This document shows, piece by piece, positions 9,657-19,403 of a DNA stretch of 64,000 nt; position 1 is the first letter of the stretch, and each line of letters opens with the position of its first letter. The translations under genes and the position numbers were made by a program. The notes beneath the pieces were generated by a model. It did no database searches. It saw nothing but the letters and a program-made list of their open reading frames with translations, and was not told the DNA's origin. The stretch is from Nitrospirota bacterium (GTDB taxonomy: Bacteria > Nitrospirota > UBA9217), in assembly GCA_963751455.1 (NCBI GenBank), contig CAVVUN010000012.1:320001-384000 (forward strand), written 5' to 3'.

Positions 9657-10571
9657 CTACAGCTTGCCGCCCGCAGCCTGCGTCAATGCCTTCCGGATGG
9701 CCTCCGGACTCTTCATGATGTTCATGAAGCTGTTTTTCCCCATCATGGACAGGTCAGGAAAACTGATTGCTATGCGAAACCGGGCGTAGAGCGCATACAC
9801 TTTGTTGCCCGACACGAGTATTTCATACGGCAGATGAGCGGTGGACCGCAGTTCCTTGAAATCGATTTCGCTCATAATGAACTTGTCATCCCTGTACTTG
9901 TCCGCGTCCGTCGCGCCTTTCATCCCAACGCCGAACACTGCCTCTTTCTTTTCCGGAATGTCGATCCGGTAAATCCGCGTTACACCGCCCCGTCCCTGGG
10001 ATAGCCCGGTCTCAACAGCGGCGGCTGCCTCCTCGAAACTGCCGTATTCCGCAAGAACGCTCGGTTCGTCGAAATATTCCATGCCGAGCATGTAGTGATA
10101 GGAACGAAGTTTTTTAGCGGTCAGGCCCTTTGCGCCGAATTCCTCTTTTTTCCCGAGCGCAACAGCAAGCCGCGCTGCAACGCCTTCGAGGCGGGCCTGC
10201 ATTCTGTATGCATGGGCCATGTATATGGGGTTCGTATACGCCACCTGCACTTCGTCGTTCACCTTCGTGACCGACACCCGTACCGCTGCGCCGAATCCGC
10301 CATGCTCCGATCTGGCGGCATTGTTCTTCAATTCGTCGTCGGTTGCGACAATTACGACCGCTTCCGGGTACGGCGCATATTCTCCTGCTATCGTGAACCC
10401 CTGCGCGGTCAGAGCGGCTTTGACCAGAGAGACGTGCTCGCCGACCGTACCACGATTACGGGACCCGAGAACAAACGGCTTCAGAAGTGTTTCGTCGGCA
10501 GCGGACGCGCTTACGAAGCAGATCGTAAGAAGCGACATTGCGGCGAGCAATTTTCTCCATGATGTTTTCAT
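9657..10571 (-). CDS. Periplasmic protein, possibly two DUF302-like lobes
   Basis: Signal peptide; VAYTNPIYMAHAYRM, LRSYHYMLGMEYF, AHLPYEILV, FPDLSMMG. The ORF is solid; the fold call is inference. Confidence 0.7.
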   Translation of the reverse strand: MKTSWRKLLAAMSLLTICFVSASAADETLLKPFVLGSRNRGTVGEHVSLVKAALTAQGFTIAGEYAPYPEAVVIVATDDELKNNAARSEHGGFGAAVRVSVTKVNDEVQVAYTNPIYMAHAYRMQARLEGVAARLAVALGKKEEFGAKGLTAKKLRSYHYMLGMEYFDEPSVLAEYGSFEEAAAAVETGLSQGRGGVTRIYRIDIPEKKEAVFGVGMKGATDADKYRDDKFIMSEIDFKELRSTAHLPYEILVSGNKVYALYARFRIAISFPDLSMMGKNSFMNIMKSPEAIRKALTQAAGGKL

Positions 10572-10588
10572 AGTCCCTCCCTTTTCAG

Positions 10589-10624
10589 AACAAAAAGGGC
10601 TACTTATGCATAGCCCTTTTTGTT
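10589..10624. terminator. Hairpin/terminator between the porin gene and the next gene
   Basis: AACAAAAAGGGCTA - 8-nt loop - TAGCCCTTTTTGTT, a perfect 14-bp inverted repeat. Confidence 0.7.
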
Positions 10625-10650
10625 CGTTTCATCGTATAAAAACAAACCTG

Positions 10651-12129
10651 CTAAAACCGGTAGCTGTACATCACCTGTCCATTCGTCTGGCTGTGGCCCA
10701 CGACGACACCCTGGCCGTTGGCTACTTTCACCTCCGGAGCATACGTTACGGAGGCATCCACGCTCGACACCGTGCTCATCATGTATCCCGCGCCGATCAT
10801 ATAGTGGTTCTTTATGATTGCCGGGAAGAGCGGATTCATATAGTAGTCGGGAATGGGGTTTTTCGACAGGTTCGCTCCGACACGCAGCGTAAGATCGTTC
10901 GTTGCTTTATACCCTGCTCCGAGCATGAACACATTTTGATCCTTCCAGTTTTGGAACATCGTTGCATTCAACTCGGTGCCGGCAAAGCCGCCGGCGAGGC
11001 CGGGCTGCGTCGAGTCAGCAGTGAAGGTCATTTTGAAGTCCTTCATAACATCTTTCCAGTTAATCCACTTATAGTCGAATACGAGCATCAGTTTGTCGGT
11101 CGCCTGATAGGCAGTCCCCACACCGAGCATCTGCGGCCACTGGAAATCCTTGACTTTGATGTTCCCGCGTAAGGGAATGGTCATGGGTGCATAGGTGCCG
11201 CTCGGAGCTCCTCCCGCCGCAACACCTGTGTCGACGTTGGCGTTAAAGGTTACATTCGCGCCTGTGGCCTCAAGATCCCCCAAAGATGTCTTGCTGTGAT
11301 ATGCCGCGCCCACAGTAAGCGTGTCGCTTACCTTATAGACGCCGCCGATCTTCGCTGCAAAGCCGTTCCCTTTTGCCTTGCCGGTAAAATCGCTTGCATC
11401 GGAGAAATCAAAGCGGCCCCAGTTCACCGGATTGGCCGGATTAATCGTTCCGGCCGGCACCGCTCCTCCGCCGAACACAAAGCTTCCGAAGGTGTCCATC
11501 ATGCTGCCCGAAACAGTCCCGTAAGTCTGCGTCGAACCCGGAAAAGCGGCCATATCCAGAAATTGGGCCCCGGAAAGCGCCATCTTCAAATCCATGCTTG
11601 CCCAGACAAAATCAAGAGATCCGCCGATGCTTAAATTCTTGTTTACTTCATATGCAACCGGGAACAGGGCGCGTCCTACTCCGACTTCCGAGCGCACCTT
11701 TTCTCCTGAACCGGCAGCGAGGAACGAATTCGCATCATACTCATACTCGGTGCCCATGCCGCCCTGTGAGAATATGCCGACCCCGTAGGTGAACAGGCCG
11801 GACTTCCTCGCCCATCCCAGCGCCGGCATATAATAGGCATCACCGGATGATTTATCATCGGGCATTCCCGACATTTTTACCGTGATATCGGGACCGAGCA
11901 GGCCTACCGCAAGATCGAACCGATTCCCTTGCGGCATCAGACCGAGCGTCGCCGGATTGTTCATGACCGCGGCTGCGCCGTTGTCATAGGCCATTGAAGC
12001 ACCGCCCATGCCGGTCGCTATCGGGCCGTAGCCCTCAAGGTTCATGCCGTTTGTAGCGAAAGCCGGGACTGAAGCCACTGCAAATACAACGCTCAAACAC
12101 AACAGATACAATAAGAAACTCTTTTTCAT
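10651..12129 (-). CDS. FadL/OmpP1/TodX-family outer-membrane channel
   Basis: Signal peptide, hatch motif GMGGA...NNPA, amphipathic strands, C-terminal YRF. Confidence 0.9.
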   Translation of the reverse strand: MKKSFLLYLLCLSVVFAVASVPAFATNGMNLEGYGPIATGMGGASMAYDNGAAAVMNNPATLGLMPQGNRFDLAVGLLGPDITVKMSGMPDDKSSGDAYYMPALGWARKSGLFTYGVGIFSQGGMGTEYEYDANSFLAAGSGEKVRSEVGVGRALFPVAYEVNKNLSIGGSLDFVWASMDLKMALSGAQFLDMAAFPGSTQTYGTVSGSMMDTFGSFVFGGGAVPAGTINPANPVNWGRFDFSDASDFTGKAKGNGFAAKIGGVYKVSDTLTVGAAYHSKTSLGDLEATGANVTFNANVDTGVAAGGAPSGTYAPMTIPLRGNIKVKDFQWPQMLGVGTAYQATDKLMLVFDYKWINWKDVMKDFKMTFTADSTQPGLAGGFAGTELNATMFQNWKDQNVFMLGAGYKATNDLTLRVGANLSKNPIPDYYMNPLFPAIIKNHYMIGAGYMMSTVSSVDASVTYAPEVKVANGQGVVVGHSQTNGQVMYSYRF

Positions 12130-12171
12130 ATACTCCTCCTTTCCCCCTCCTCTTGATTTAAAAGTTTCGAT

Positions 12172-12190
12172 AGTCCTATAGTTATAGACT
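12172..12190. promoter_or_regulatory. Candidate operator palindrome between the divergent porin and LOG genes
   Basis: Imperfect inverted repeat AGTC-CTATA-GT-TATAG-ACT about 45 bp upstream of the porin start; regulator unknown. Confidence 0.3.
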
Positions 12191-12345
12191 TAACCGTATC
12201 ACTATATTCTAAACTTTGCAAGTAAATAATATGCGTACATACTAAACTACGCATTATCAGAACAATTAATAATTACAATATGATATGCTTAATAACGTCT
12301 TCACATAATAGCGAGTTCATACAATACAACAGGAGCTGACATTTC

Positions 12346-13380
12346 ATGAAACTCCACTTCAACAAGACAAACGGCCCACTGGATGAAGCTATCGACAGAT
12401 TGATAGACCTCTCGGGCGACATCCGACAGCCCGAATACGTCCGGGAAATGATACTGAGCGCTCTGAAGGCCGGCCAGGAGCAGAACGGCGACACCGGGGG
12501 GCTCAAACTGATGAACACCACGCTTAAGGAGATGCGGTTCACATCGAAGATATTTGCGCCCTACCGGAACGTCCGCAAGGTCACTGTCTTCGGCTCTGCC
12601 CGCATTCCTCCGGGCGAAGCGGTCTACGAGATGGCAAAACATTTCGGGAGGAAGCTGGCTGAAGAGGGCTATATGGTAATTACCGGCGGCGGGGGTGGCA
12701 TCATGCATGCCGCGCATGAAGGGGCCGGGTCCGAACACTCCTTCGGCGTGAACATCCGTCTGCCGTTCGAACAGAAGCCGAACCCGGTCATCGAAGGGAA
12801 CCCTCGCCTCATTATGTATAAATACTTTTTCAACAGGAAGGTCGCGTTCCTGAAAGAAGCCGACGCGGTCGCCCTTTTCCCCGGAGGATTCGGCACACTG
12901 GATGAAGCGATGGAAACCCTGACGCTCGTTCAGACCGGCAAACGGAATCCGCTTCCCCTTGTCCTTGTAGACAGCCCCTCCGGTTCCTATTGGTCCCATT
13001 TGATCGGCTTTATGAAAGCGGAGCTGTTCGCGCGCAAATATATCGGCGAGAGCGACTTCTCGCTGTTTGAAACGGTTACCTCCGTTGATGAAGCTGTTGC
13101 AATCATCAAGCGGTTTTACCGCCGCTACCACAGTCTTCGCTATGTGAACGGACAGCTTGTCGTGCGCCTGAGTTCAGAACTCGGCCCTGATGCGCTCAGG
13201 GAATTGAAGCACGCGTTTCAGGACATCCTGCTGCCTCATGGAGATATCGTCCCGACTGCGGCCTTGCCGCCGGAAGTAGAAGATAATGATTTTGTCGAAC
13301 TGCCCAGGCTGGCTATGGATTTCAACAGAAGGGATTTCGGGCGGCTGAAAAACTTTATCGATGCCGTAAACTCATTTTGA
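12346..13380 (+). CDS. LOG-family nucleotide monophosphate phosphoribohydrolase, long form
   Basis: VTVFGSAR, ITGGGGGIM, KYFFNRK and PGGFGTLDE motifs. Confidence 0.92.
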   Translation: MKLHFNKTNGPLDEAIDRLIDLSGDIRQPEYVREMILSALKAGQEQNGDTGGLKLMNTTLKEMRFTSKIFAPYRNVRKVTVFGSARIPPGEAVYEMAKHFGRKLAEEGYMVITGGGGGIMHAAHEGAGSEHSFGVNIRLPFEQKPNPVIEGNPRLIMYKYFFNRKVAFLKEADAVALFPGGFGTLDEAMETLTLVQTGKRNPLPLVLVDSPSGSYWSHLIGFMKAELFARKYIGESDFSLFETVTSVDEAVAIIKRFYRRYHSLRYVNGQLVVRLSSELGPDALRELKHAFQDILLPHGDIVPTAALPPEVEDNDFVELPRLAMDFNRRDFGRLKNFIDAVNSF

Positions 13381-13448
13381 CCATTCGTTTTTGTATGTAA
13401 TAAAATGCCACTTAGTTAAACTTTTATAAACGTACCACGCCCTGTCTC

Positions 13449-13476
13449 TTGACAATGCCTTTCCGAGTGATACCTT
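13449..13476 (+). promoter_or_regulatory. Possible sigma70 promoter
   Basis: TTGACA, 16-nt spacer ending in TGa, TACCTT (extended -10). Confidence 0.4.
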
Positions 13477-13641
13477 TATTATATGGCCTTTGGACATACT
13501 TGACAAAAATAAACGATTGCTGCGTTACATTAGTTTCAGAACGATATTAATTTTGTTACGTAGCCGGGGACTGAAGCTTATTAGTGAGGCTCCGGACAAA
13601 CTTCGTCCCGAGGACAGCAGATCGTTAAAGCGGAGGAAGAA

Positions 13642-14232
13642 ATGGCGGAACTTCGGGTTTCAGCATTGCTGCTTGCTGCAGGGTGGTCGGGCGAAACACG
13701 CACCGCAAAGCAGCGTCTTCGCGGGCAGAGAACCGCAATACGACAGCGTCTCGATTCTATAATGGCTGCAGGAATACGGGATACCGTTGTGGTCCTCAAC
13801 CGGGAGGCAGCCGGGTGCAGCAAGGACTTCCGGGGACTGCCCGTGCGTTTCGCGGTAGAAACCTCTGATGGATCCGAACTGACTGAATCCGTCAGGGCCG
13901 GGCTTCGCTGTCTCGGCGATTCCCCCACAGGCGTTCTTCTGTGCCGCATGGACCAGCCGCCCGCTTCTGCTGCCACAATGAGGAAACTCGCTCTTGACCA
14001 CTACTCTTTCTGCGGAAAAGTCATAATTCCGGTTTATCAGGGACAGCCCGGACATCCCGCCTTATTTCCCCGCCAGATCATCATTGAAACTCTTTCGGGC
14101 TTAAGTCTGCAAGATGTAATAAGGAAGGATTCGAGAAGGCTGCGGATGATCAGCTTGCCGGACGAAGCGGCGCTTTTCGACAGGGACATCCGTGAGGACT
14201 ATGAAAAGATGACGAAAAGAATTATGGCATAA
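13642..14232 (+). CDS. MocA/MobA-like NTP-transferase-family protein (divergent)
   Basis: LLLAAG start, DQP and GHPALF motifs; the SxRMG..K loop is degenerate. Confidence 0.75.
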   Translation: MAELRVSALLLAAGWSGETRTAKQRLRGQRTAIRQRLDSIMAAGIRDTVVVLNREAAGCSKDFRGLPVRFAVETSDGSELTESVRAGLRCLGDSPTGVLLCRMDQPPASAATMRKLALDHYSFCGKVIIPVYQGQPGHPALFPRQIIIETLSGLSLQDVIRKDSRRLRMISLPDEAALFDRDIREDYEKMTKRIMA

Positions 14233-14328
14233 TTTCGTTTCATGGGTCAGCAGGCCTGATCATGAACCCGAAAGGCTGTCAGGAAGTTCAAGATCATTTT
14301 TTTCCGCGGTCCTAGCCGAAAAACCATT

Positions 14329-14553
14329 CTATTTACAACCGCTGCAGGATGAGGATGAGCAGCTGCCGCAGCCAGAACTCCCGGATGCACCCTCCGATGA
14401 CCCGCCTGACGATCTTCCCATTCCGAAACGCGACATGCGCTTTTCAGTCTTCGGAGAACCGCATTTTTCGCAGAGGACTTCGGCCTTCGATCCGAAGACC
14501 AGTTTCTCGAAATCGGCTCGGCAGTTATGGCAATGATATTCGTAAATAGGCAT
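14329..14553 (-). CDS. FmdB-family zinc-ribbon regulatory protein
   Basis: MPIYEYHCHNC...CEKCGS and a Gly/Ser/Cys tail. Confidence 0.9.
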   Translation of the reverse strand: MPIYEYHCHNCRADFEKLVFGSKAEVLCEKCGSPKTEKRMSRFGMGRSSGGSSEGASGSSGCGSCSSSSCSGCK

Positions 14554-14574
14554 GATTTTAGATCACGATAGAAC

Positions 14575-14655
14575 CGATGGACGACCGTTCGCTTCGCTCA
14601 CTGGGAGGAGGGACGAATGAATCCTGCTTTTTCATCCCTCGTCCCTCGCCCCTCG
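14575..14655. repeat. 7-nt-period palindromic element with an inserted CCGTTCGCTTCGCTCACT mini-element
   Basis: GGAGGAGGGACGA opposite TCCCTCGTCCCTCGCCCCTCG. Confidence 0.5.
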
Positions 14656-14666
14656 GCTTCTCAGAT

Positions 14667-15314
14667 TTACTTCTTCTCCAGCTTCTTCCAGTCCGACAAG
14701 AACTTCTCGATCCCGATGTCGGTAAGCGGGTGCTTGAGCAGCTGGTCGATCACGCCGAACGGGATCGTGGCAATGTGTGCTCCCGCGAGGGCAGCATCCA
14801 CCACGTGGAGCGGGTTGCGGACACTGGCGACGATCACTTCAGTCGGGTAGCCGTAATTATCGAATATCGTCACAACCTGGCGCACGAGGTCCATTCCGTA
14901 GTGGCTGATGTCATCGAGCCTTCCGACAAAGGGGCTTACATATGCGGCGCCGACCTTGGCGGCGAGCAGGGCCTGCATCGGCGAAAATACGAGCGTCACG
15001 TTCACCTTGATTCCCTTTTCCGCAAGGACTTTCGTGGCCTTGAGGCCGTCCTTGGTCATCGGAAGCTTCACCACGATGTTCTTGTGGATCTTCGCGAGAT
15101 CCATGCCCTCGGCCACCATCTTGTCCGCCTCGAGGCTGACTGCCTCGGCGCTGATCGGGCCGTCAACGATTGAGCAGATTTCCGCGATTACCTGCTTGAA
15201 ATCTCTGCCCTCTTTGGCTATAAGCGACGGATTGGTGGTCACCCCGTCGACCACTCCGATGCTTGCAGCCTCCCGGATCTCTTTTACGTTTGCCGTGTCG
15301 ATAAAAAATTTCAT
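14667..15314 (-). CDS. tal: Transaldolase (small, Fsa/TalC type)
   Basis: [15 protein letters not shown], Schiff-base Lys in [24 protein letters not shown]. Confidence 0.93.
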   Translation of the reverse strand: MKFFIDTANVKEIREAASIGVVDGVTTNPSLIAKEGRDFKQVIAEICSIVDGPISAEAVSLEADKMVAEGMDLAKIHKNIVVKLPMTKDGLKATKVLAEKGIKVNVTLVFSPMQALLAAKVGAAYVSPFVGRLDDISHYGMDLVRQVVTIFDNYGYPTEVIVASVRNPLHVVDAALAGAHIATIPFGVIDQLLKHPLTDIGIEKFLSDWKKLEKK

Positions 15315-15353
15315 GCTTTATCCTTTCAATAAGTAAAATGATGCATTGCTCAG

Positions 15354-15427
15354 AGATTCAAGATGCATGATCCATGATGCAGGATATCGTTGCGGTCTTT
15401 TATCGTGCATCCTGCATCGTGCATCGT
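15354..15427. repeat. 7-nt-period palindromic intergenic element
   Basis: (a/t)GATGCA-like units repeated about four times, then complementary TGCATC(c/g) units three times. Confidence 0.65.
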
Positions 15428-16648
15428 TTATTCTTTGGCATTGCAGATGGCTTCTTCCAGGATCTGGATGGGGTGAACAACCCTTACATCGGATCCCGCC
15501 CGTCTCAGCCCTTCCCCTATCTGCATTCTGCAGCCCGGGCATCCCGTAGCGACCACCGCTGCACCCGTTCTTATGATGCTTTTTGCCTTTTCTTCCGCCA
15601 TGCTGTCTGAGAGCTCCGGGTGGCTCACGCGCATGACTCCTCCAAAACCACAGCAGCGGTCCGCGTTATCCATCTCAATGAGCGTGAGCCCCGGCACTTT
15701 GCGCAGCACGTCCCTGACTACCGATGACAGACCCTGGCCCCTGCCGAGATGGCACGGCTCGTGGAGAGTGATGTTTCCGTGGATGGGACCGAGGGTGAGT
15801 TTTACAAGCTCGGATGAAAGGAATTCATGGATGTCGAGCACCGGGATCGTCTTCGTATGCGCGAGCAGTTTAGGATATTCCCTCTTAAAAGTCAAGCCGC
15901 AGGAGGCGCATGCCGTAACAACCACATCAGCGCCCAACCGCGAAAAAACTGCATTGTTCCAGGCGGCGACTTCTTCGGCGCCCCTCCGGTCGCCCAGCGA
16001 AAGCAGCGGTCTGCCGCAGCACTTGAGCTCATCGGGAACGACGACTTCGTAGCCCGCGGCGTTGAGAACCGAAATCGCCGACTCCCCTATATCGGTTTGA
16101 AAGTAATTTATCGCGCAGCCCGGGAAAAAAGCCGCTGTACCTCCGGGTATTTTTTTCCCTTCGCATTCAGATGTTCTCGGATTCTGAACTTTGAACTGTG
16201 AACGCAGTTGCCCTCCTGTTTCATACTTCGAATAATGAAGCGCTATCGGTGCGAGCCATGCGGCCGCCCGGAACAGAGCCGGGCGCTTTACGATTCCGGA
16301 GAGCAGGCTTCCGATGATTCCCGGCCCGCATTCCGCGATCGCCTGTTCTTTCGCGGCCTGGATAATCTCGGTTACCTTAACGCCCCCCGGACAGGAATCT
16401 TCGCAGGCCAGGCAGGTCGTGCATGTTGCGAGCCTGTCCCTGAAAATTTCCGAAACAGCCAGCCGACCGTCGAGCACAGCCTTGACCAGGGCTATGCGCC
16501 CGCGGGCAGAGAGCGATTCCTCCCGCGAGGCCAGGAATGAAGGACACACGGAGCGGCACGTGCCGCACTTGACGCAGCGCTCAATGTCGGCGCGGTATTC
16601 GTGGAACTGCGATAGGGTAATGACCGGGAAATGAGAGGCCTGTTTCAT
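15428..16648 (-). CDS. GlcF/HdrD-like Fe-S protein (two 4Fe-4S motifs and two CCG domains)
   Basis: CVKCGTCRSVCP, CTTCLACEDSCP and CCG motifs. Start set at ATG 16648, which overlaps the upstream stop (ATGA). Confidence 0.9.
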   Translation of the reverse strand: MKQASHFPVITLSQFHEYRADIERCVKCGTCRSVCPSFLASREESLSARGRIALVKAVLDGRLAVSEIFRDRLATCTTCLACEDSCPGGVKVTEIIQAAKEQAIAECGPGIIGSLLSGIVKRPALFRAAAWLAPIALHYSKYETGGQLRSQFKVQNPRTSECEGKKIPGGTAAFFPGCAINYFQTDIGESAISVLNAAGYEVVVPDELKCCGRPLLSLGDRRGAEEVAAWNNAVFSRLGADVVVTACASCGLTFKREYPKLLAHTKTIPVLDIHEFLSSELVKLTLGPIHGNITLHEPCHLGRGQGLSSVVRDVLRKVPGLTLIEMDNADRCCGFGGVMRVSHPELSDSMAEEKAKSIIRTGAAVVATGCPGCRMQIGEGLRRAGSDVRVVHPIQILEEAICNAKE

Positions 16649-17277
16649 GGCAGAATAGTCACCGGCGTGCCAAGGGTCACGACTTCGTAGATTTCGTCGA
16701 CGTCCGCGTTCGATAGAGCGATGCAGCCGTCGGTCCAGTTGATAGTAGAATAGTAGTGGGGCGCGACGGACGGATCGAGCATGCGGCCGTGGATGCCGAT
16801 CGCCCCGCCGATGCGTGTGCCCCACGGCGGCAGCTGACGCTCTTCGATTGCTTTTTTAATCAATGCGTATTCGCCGGGCGTTATCAATTTGTTCTGAAGA
16901 CCGTATTCGGCGTGCTTGAGGCCGGGATAGCTCAGGCCCATGAATTTGTAGAACCGCTTGCTGTGATTCATACTGCAGATATAGAACTCGCCTTCAGGCG
17001 TCCTCTTGTCTCCTGCCCTTTGCTTGTCGCCGTCACGGAAACCCTTGCCGAATGCCGACCGGTAGGTCTTGACCGGCGTTTCCCCCTTATAGAGCGTCAA
17101 GGTATACTGCGACTTCCAGATTACAAGACTGACTGGCCCGCTTCCCGCTGAGACGAGTGTGGCGAAGGTGGACGGCTTTTGTACGGGGGTATCCGGCAGA
17201 GGCGACAGACAGACAACCAGCAGCAAGGAAGCGAGGAGCCTGAGGGCTATAAATATATGTGAGTGAATGCACGCCAT
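16645..17277 (-). CDS. Exported L,D-transpeptidase/carboxypeptidase (YkuD family)
   Basis: GDKRTPEG, LSYP, IGIHG...WTDGCIAL; N-terminal hydrophobic segment. Confidence 0.9.
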   Translation of the reverse strand: MACIHSHIFIALRLLASLLLVVCLSPLPDTPVQKPSTFATLVSAGSGPVSLVIWKSQYTLTLYKGETPVKTYRSAFGKGFRDGDKQRAGDKRTPEGEFYICSMNHSKRFYKFMGLSYPGLKHAEYGLQNKLITPGEYALIKKAIEERQLPPWGTRIGGAIGIHGRMLDPSVAPHYYSTINWTDGCIALSNADVDEIYEVVTLGTPVTILP

Positions 17278-17291
17278 TGTTCCATCGACGT

Positions 17292-17552
17292 TCAGCGAAC
17301 GTTTCGTTCTTCGTACCGCTGAGCGCATGCCTCACTGCAAAAGGAATGGACTTTGCCTCGTACCCTCCGGTTTATTGCCCGGTCCTTGACGACGTAGGTA
17401 CGGCACTCGGGGTCGAGCACCATTTCTTCGCCCTTGATCCGCGCCGGGCCCCGATCCTTTTCATGGTACGACTTCATGGCCGAAACGACAACCGTTTTGA
17501 CCGCATAATAAATGAAGACAACGGCGATGAATATAACAAGATTTCTCATCAT
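17292..17552 (-). CDS. Small membrane-anchored YHS/TRASH-domain protein
   Basis: N-terminal TM helix; DPECRTYV...HSFCSEAC. Confidence 0.8.
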   Translation of the reverse strand: MMRNLVIFIAVVFIYYAVKTVVVSAMKSYHEKDRGPARIKGEEMVLDPECRTYVVKDRAINRRVRGKVHSFCSEACAQRYEERNVR

Positions 17553-17589
17553 TTCCTTTTAGTCCCGGTTCTCGCCGGAGGCGCATTTC

Positions 17590-19149
17590 CTAATGCCTGA
17601 AGTGCCTCATCCGGGTCATTACCATGGCAATGCCGTGCTCATCAGCGGCCTTGATGACCTCTTCGTCCTTAAGTGAACCGCCCGGCTGGATCACGGCTGT
17701 CACGCCGGACCTGGCGGCCTCATCAAGGCCGTCCCTGAAGGGGAAAAAGGCATCAGATGCGAGCACGCTGCCGGCAAGCGGCGACCTGGCCTTCATCACC
17801 GCAATCCGCACTGAGTCAAGACGGCTCATCTGTCCGGCCCCGATGCCGATCGTCCGATCCTTTGCCGTAAAGACGATTGCATTCGATTTCACGTGCTTGC
17901 ACACCTTCCAGGCAAAAGCGAGCGCCTCGTACTCGTCATCCGTGGGCTTCCTTCTGGTCGCCACGTCGAGCGCCCGAATGTCGTTAAGCCGCCCCATATC
18001 CCGGTCCTGGTAGATCAGACCGCCCACGATTTTTTTCAGGTCCATACCCTCGGGCTTTCCCGTTACACTGGGACCGATATCAAGGACCCTTACGTCTTTC
18101 TTTCGCTGAAGCTCCTCGCGGGCATCAGGAGCAAAGCCCGGAGCGGCTACGACTTCGACAAACGTTTCCGTTAGTTCCCTGGCCGTATCAATTTCGACAA
18201 TGCGGTTGAAGGCGATCACGCCCCCGAAAGCGGAAACCGGATCGCAGTCGCGCGCCTTACGGTACGCATCAACGAGGGTCTTTGCCGTGGCGGCCCCGCA
18301 TGGGTTGTTGTGCTTCACAATAACGGCGGCGGTCTCTTCATACTCCTTTACCAGTTCAAGCGCGCTGTTCGCGTCCAGAAAATTGTTGAACGACATCTCC
18401 TTGCCCTGGAGCTGCTTCGCGCCCGATATCGACGGTTCCTTGCGCCCGAATTCGCGGTAGAAGGCCGCCTGCTGGTGAGGATTCTCCCCATACCGGAGGT
18501 TCTGCACCTTTTCGAGTTGGAGCGTGAGGATGTTCGGAAACCTTGTCTTTTCATCGGCCGGGACCTGGCCGTCCAGCCATGCCGAGATTGCGCTGTCATA
18601 CCGCGCCGTATGCAGGAAAACGGTCCTGCAGAGCTCAAAGCGCGTCTTTGCCGAAACTTCGCCGCTCTTCTTTATTTCCAGCAGCACGCGTTCGTAATCA
18701 CGGGGCGACACGACAACTGCGACATCAGTGTAGTTCTTCGCCGCGGAGCGCAGCATCGTCGGGCCGCCGATATCGATATTCTCGATCGCATCTTCGAGCG
18801 AACACCCGGGTTTGGCGACTGTCTGTTCAAAAGGATAGAGGTTCACCACAACAAGATCGATGGGTTCAATGCCGTGCGCTTTCATCTGCTTCACGTGTTC
18901 GGGATTGCTCCGCCTGCCGAGCAGCCCGCCGTGAACTTTCGGGTGCAGCGTCTTTACCCTGCCGTCCAGCATTTCGGGAAAACCGGTAAATTCGGAAACG
19001 TCCTTTACCTTGACGCCGCCGTCTCTTAAAAGTTTTGCGGTGCCGCCCGTCGACAGGATCTCGATTCCCAGCTCTGAAAGAGCTCTGGCAAAATCGAGAA
19101 TGCCTTCTTTATGAGAAACACTGATGAGTGCGCGCGTCACTTTGGCCAT
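17590..19149 (-). CDS. purH: Bifunctional AICAR transformylase / IMP cyclohydrolase
   Basis: RALISV, GRVKTLHP, IDIGGP, LRYGENPHQ, KHNNPCG, SDAFFPF, RHFRH. Confidence 0.98.
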   Translation of the reverse strand: MAKVTRALISVSHKEGILDFARALSELGIEILSTGGTAKLLRDGGVKVKDVSEFTGFPEMLDGRVKTLHPKVHGGLLGRRSNPEHVKQMKAHGIEPIDLVVVNLYPFEQTVAKPGCSLEDAIENIDIGGPTMLRSAAKNYTDVAVVVSPRDYERVLLEIKKSGEVSAKTRFELCRTVFLHTARYDSAISAWLDGQVPADEKTRFPNILTLQLEKVQNLRYGENPHQQAAFYREFGRKEPSISGAKQLQGKEMSFNNFLDANSALELVKEYEETAAVIVKHNNPCGAATAKTLVDAYRKARDCDPVSAFGGVIAFNRIVEIDTARELTETFVEVVAAPGFAPDAREELQRKKDVRVLDIGPSVTGKPEGMDLKKIVGGLIYQDRDMGRLNDIRALDVATRRKPTDDEYEALAFAWKVCKHVKSNAIVFTAKDRTIGIGAGQMSRLDSVRIAVMKARSPLAGSVLASDAFFPFRDGLDEAARSGVTAVIQPGGSLKDEEVIKAADEHGIAMVMTRMRHFRH

Positions 19150-19193
19150 GACAGAGCCTCCCGGAAAAAAATCAATTTTTGTTCGATATATAG

Positions 19194-19279
19194 CCGCAGA
19201 TTACGCAGATTACGCCGATAAAAAACCAGGCCTGTTTTATTTATTTCTTAAAATCTGCGAGCATCTGCGAAATCTGCGG
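19194..19279. repeat. 9-nt-period palindromic element
   Basis: CCGCAGATTACGCAGATTACGCCGAT ... ATCTGCGAGCATCTGCGAAATCTGCGG. Confidence 0.7.
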
Positions 19280-19403
19280 ATGAATTGCTTTGCTTAATAT
19301 TCCGTTTCGAGAATGATAACAGGCACATCCGTAAATTGAAATAGTAACCGAAAACAATAATAGATGTCAATTAATTACAGCGCCAAAATAGTAAGACTGC
19401 CTT

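Noticed and set aside
10219-11172. 317-aa + strand ORF and similar long antisense ORFs (28848-30059, 59330-60244, 12301-13131, 42892-43716)
   Set aside because: These are shadows of well-supported genes on the opposite strand in GC-rich DNA.
13555-13640. Possible Moco/Wco riboswitch ahead of the MocA-like gene
   Set aside because: Only weak pairing and no consensus that I can recognise.
16649-16825. N-terminal extension of the Fe-S protein given in the ORF track
   Set aside because: It overlaps the L,D-transpeptidase gene in another frame; ATG 16648 gives a typical ATGA coupling.
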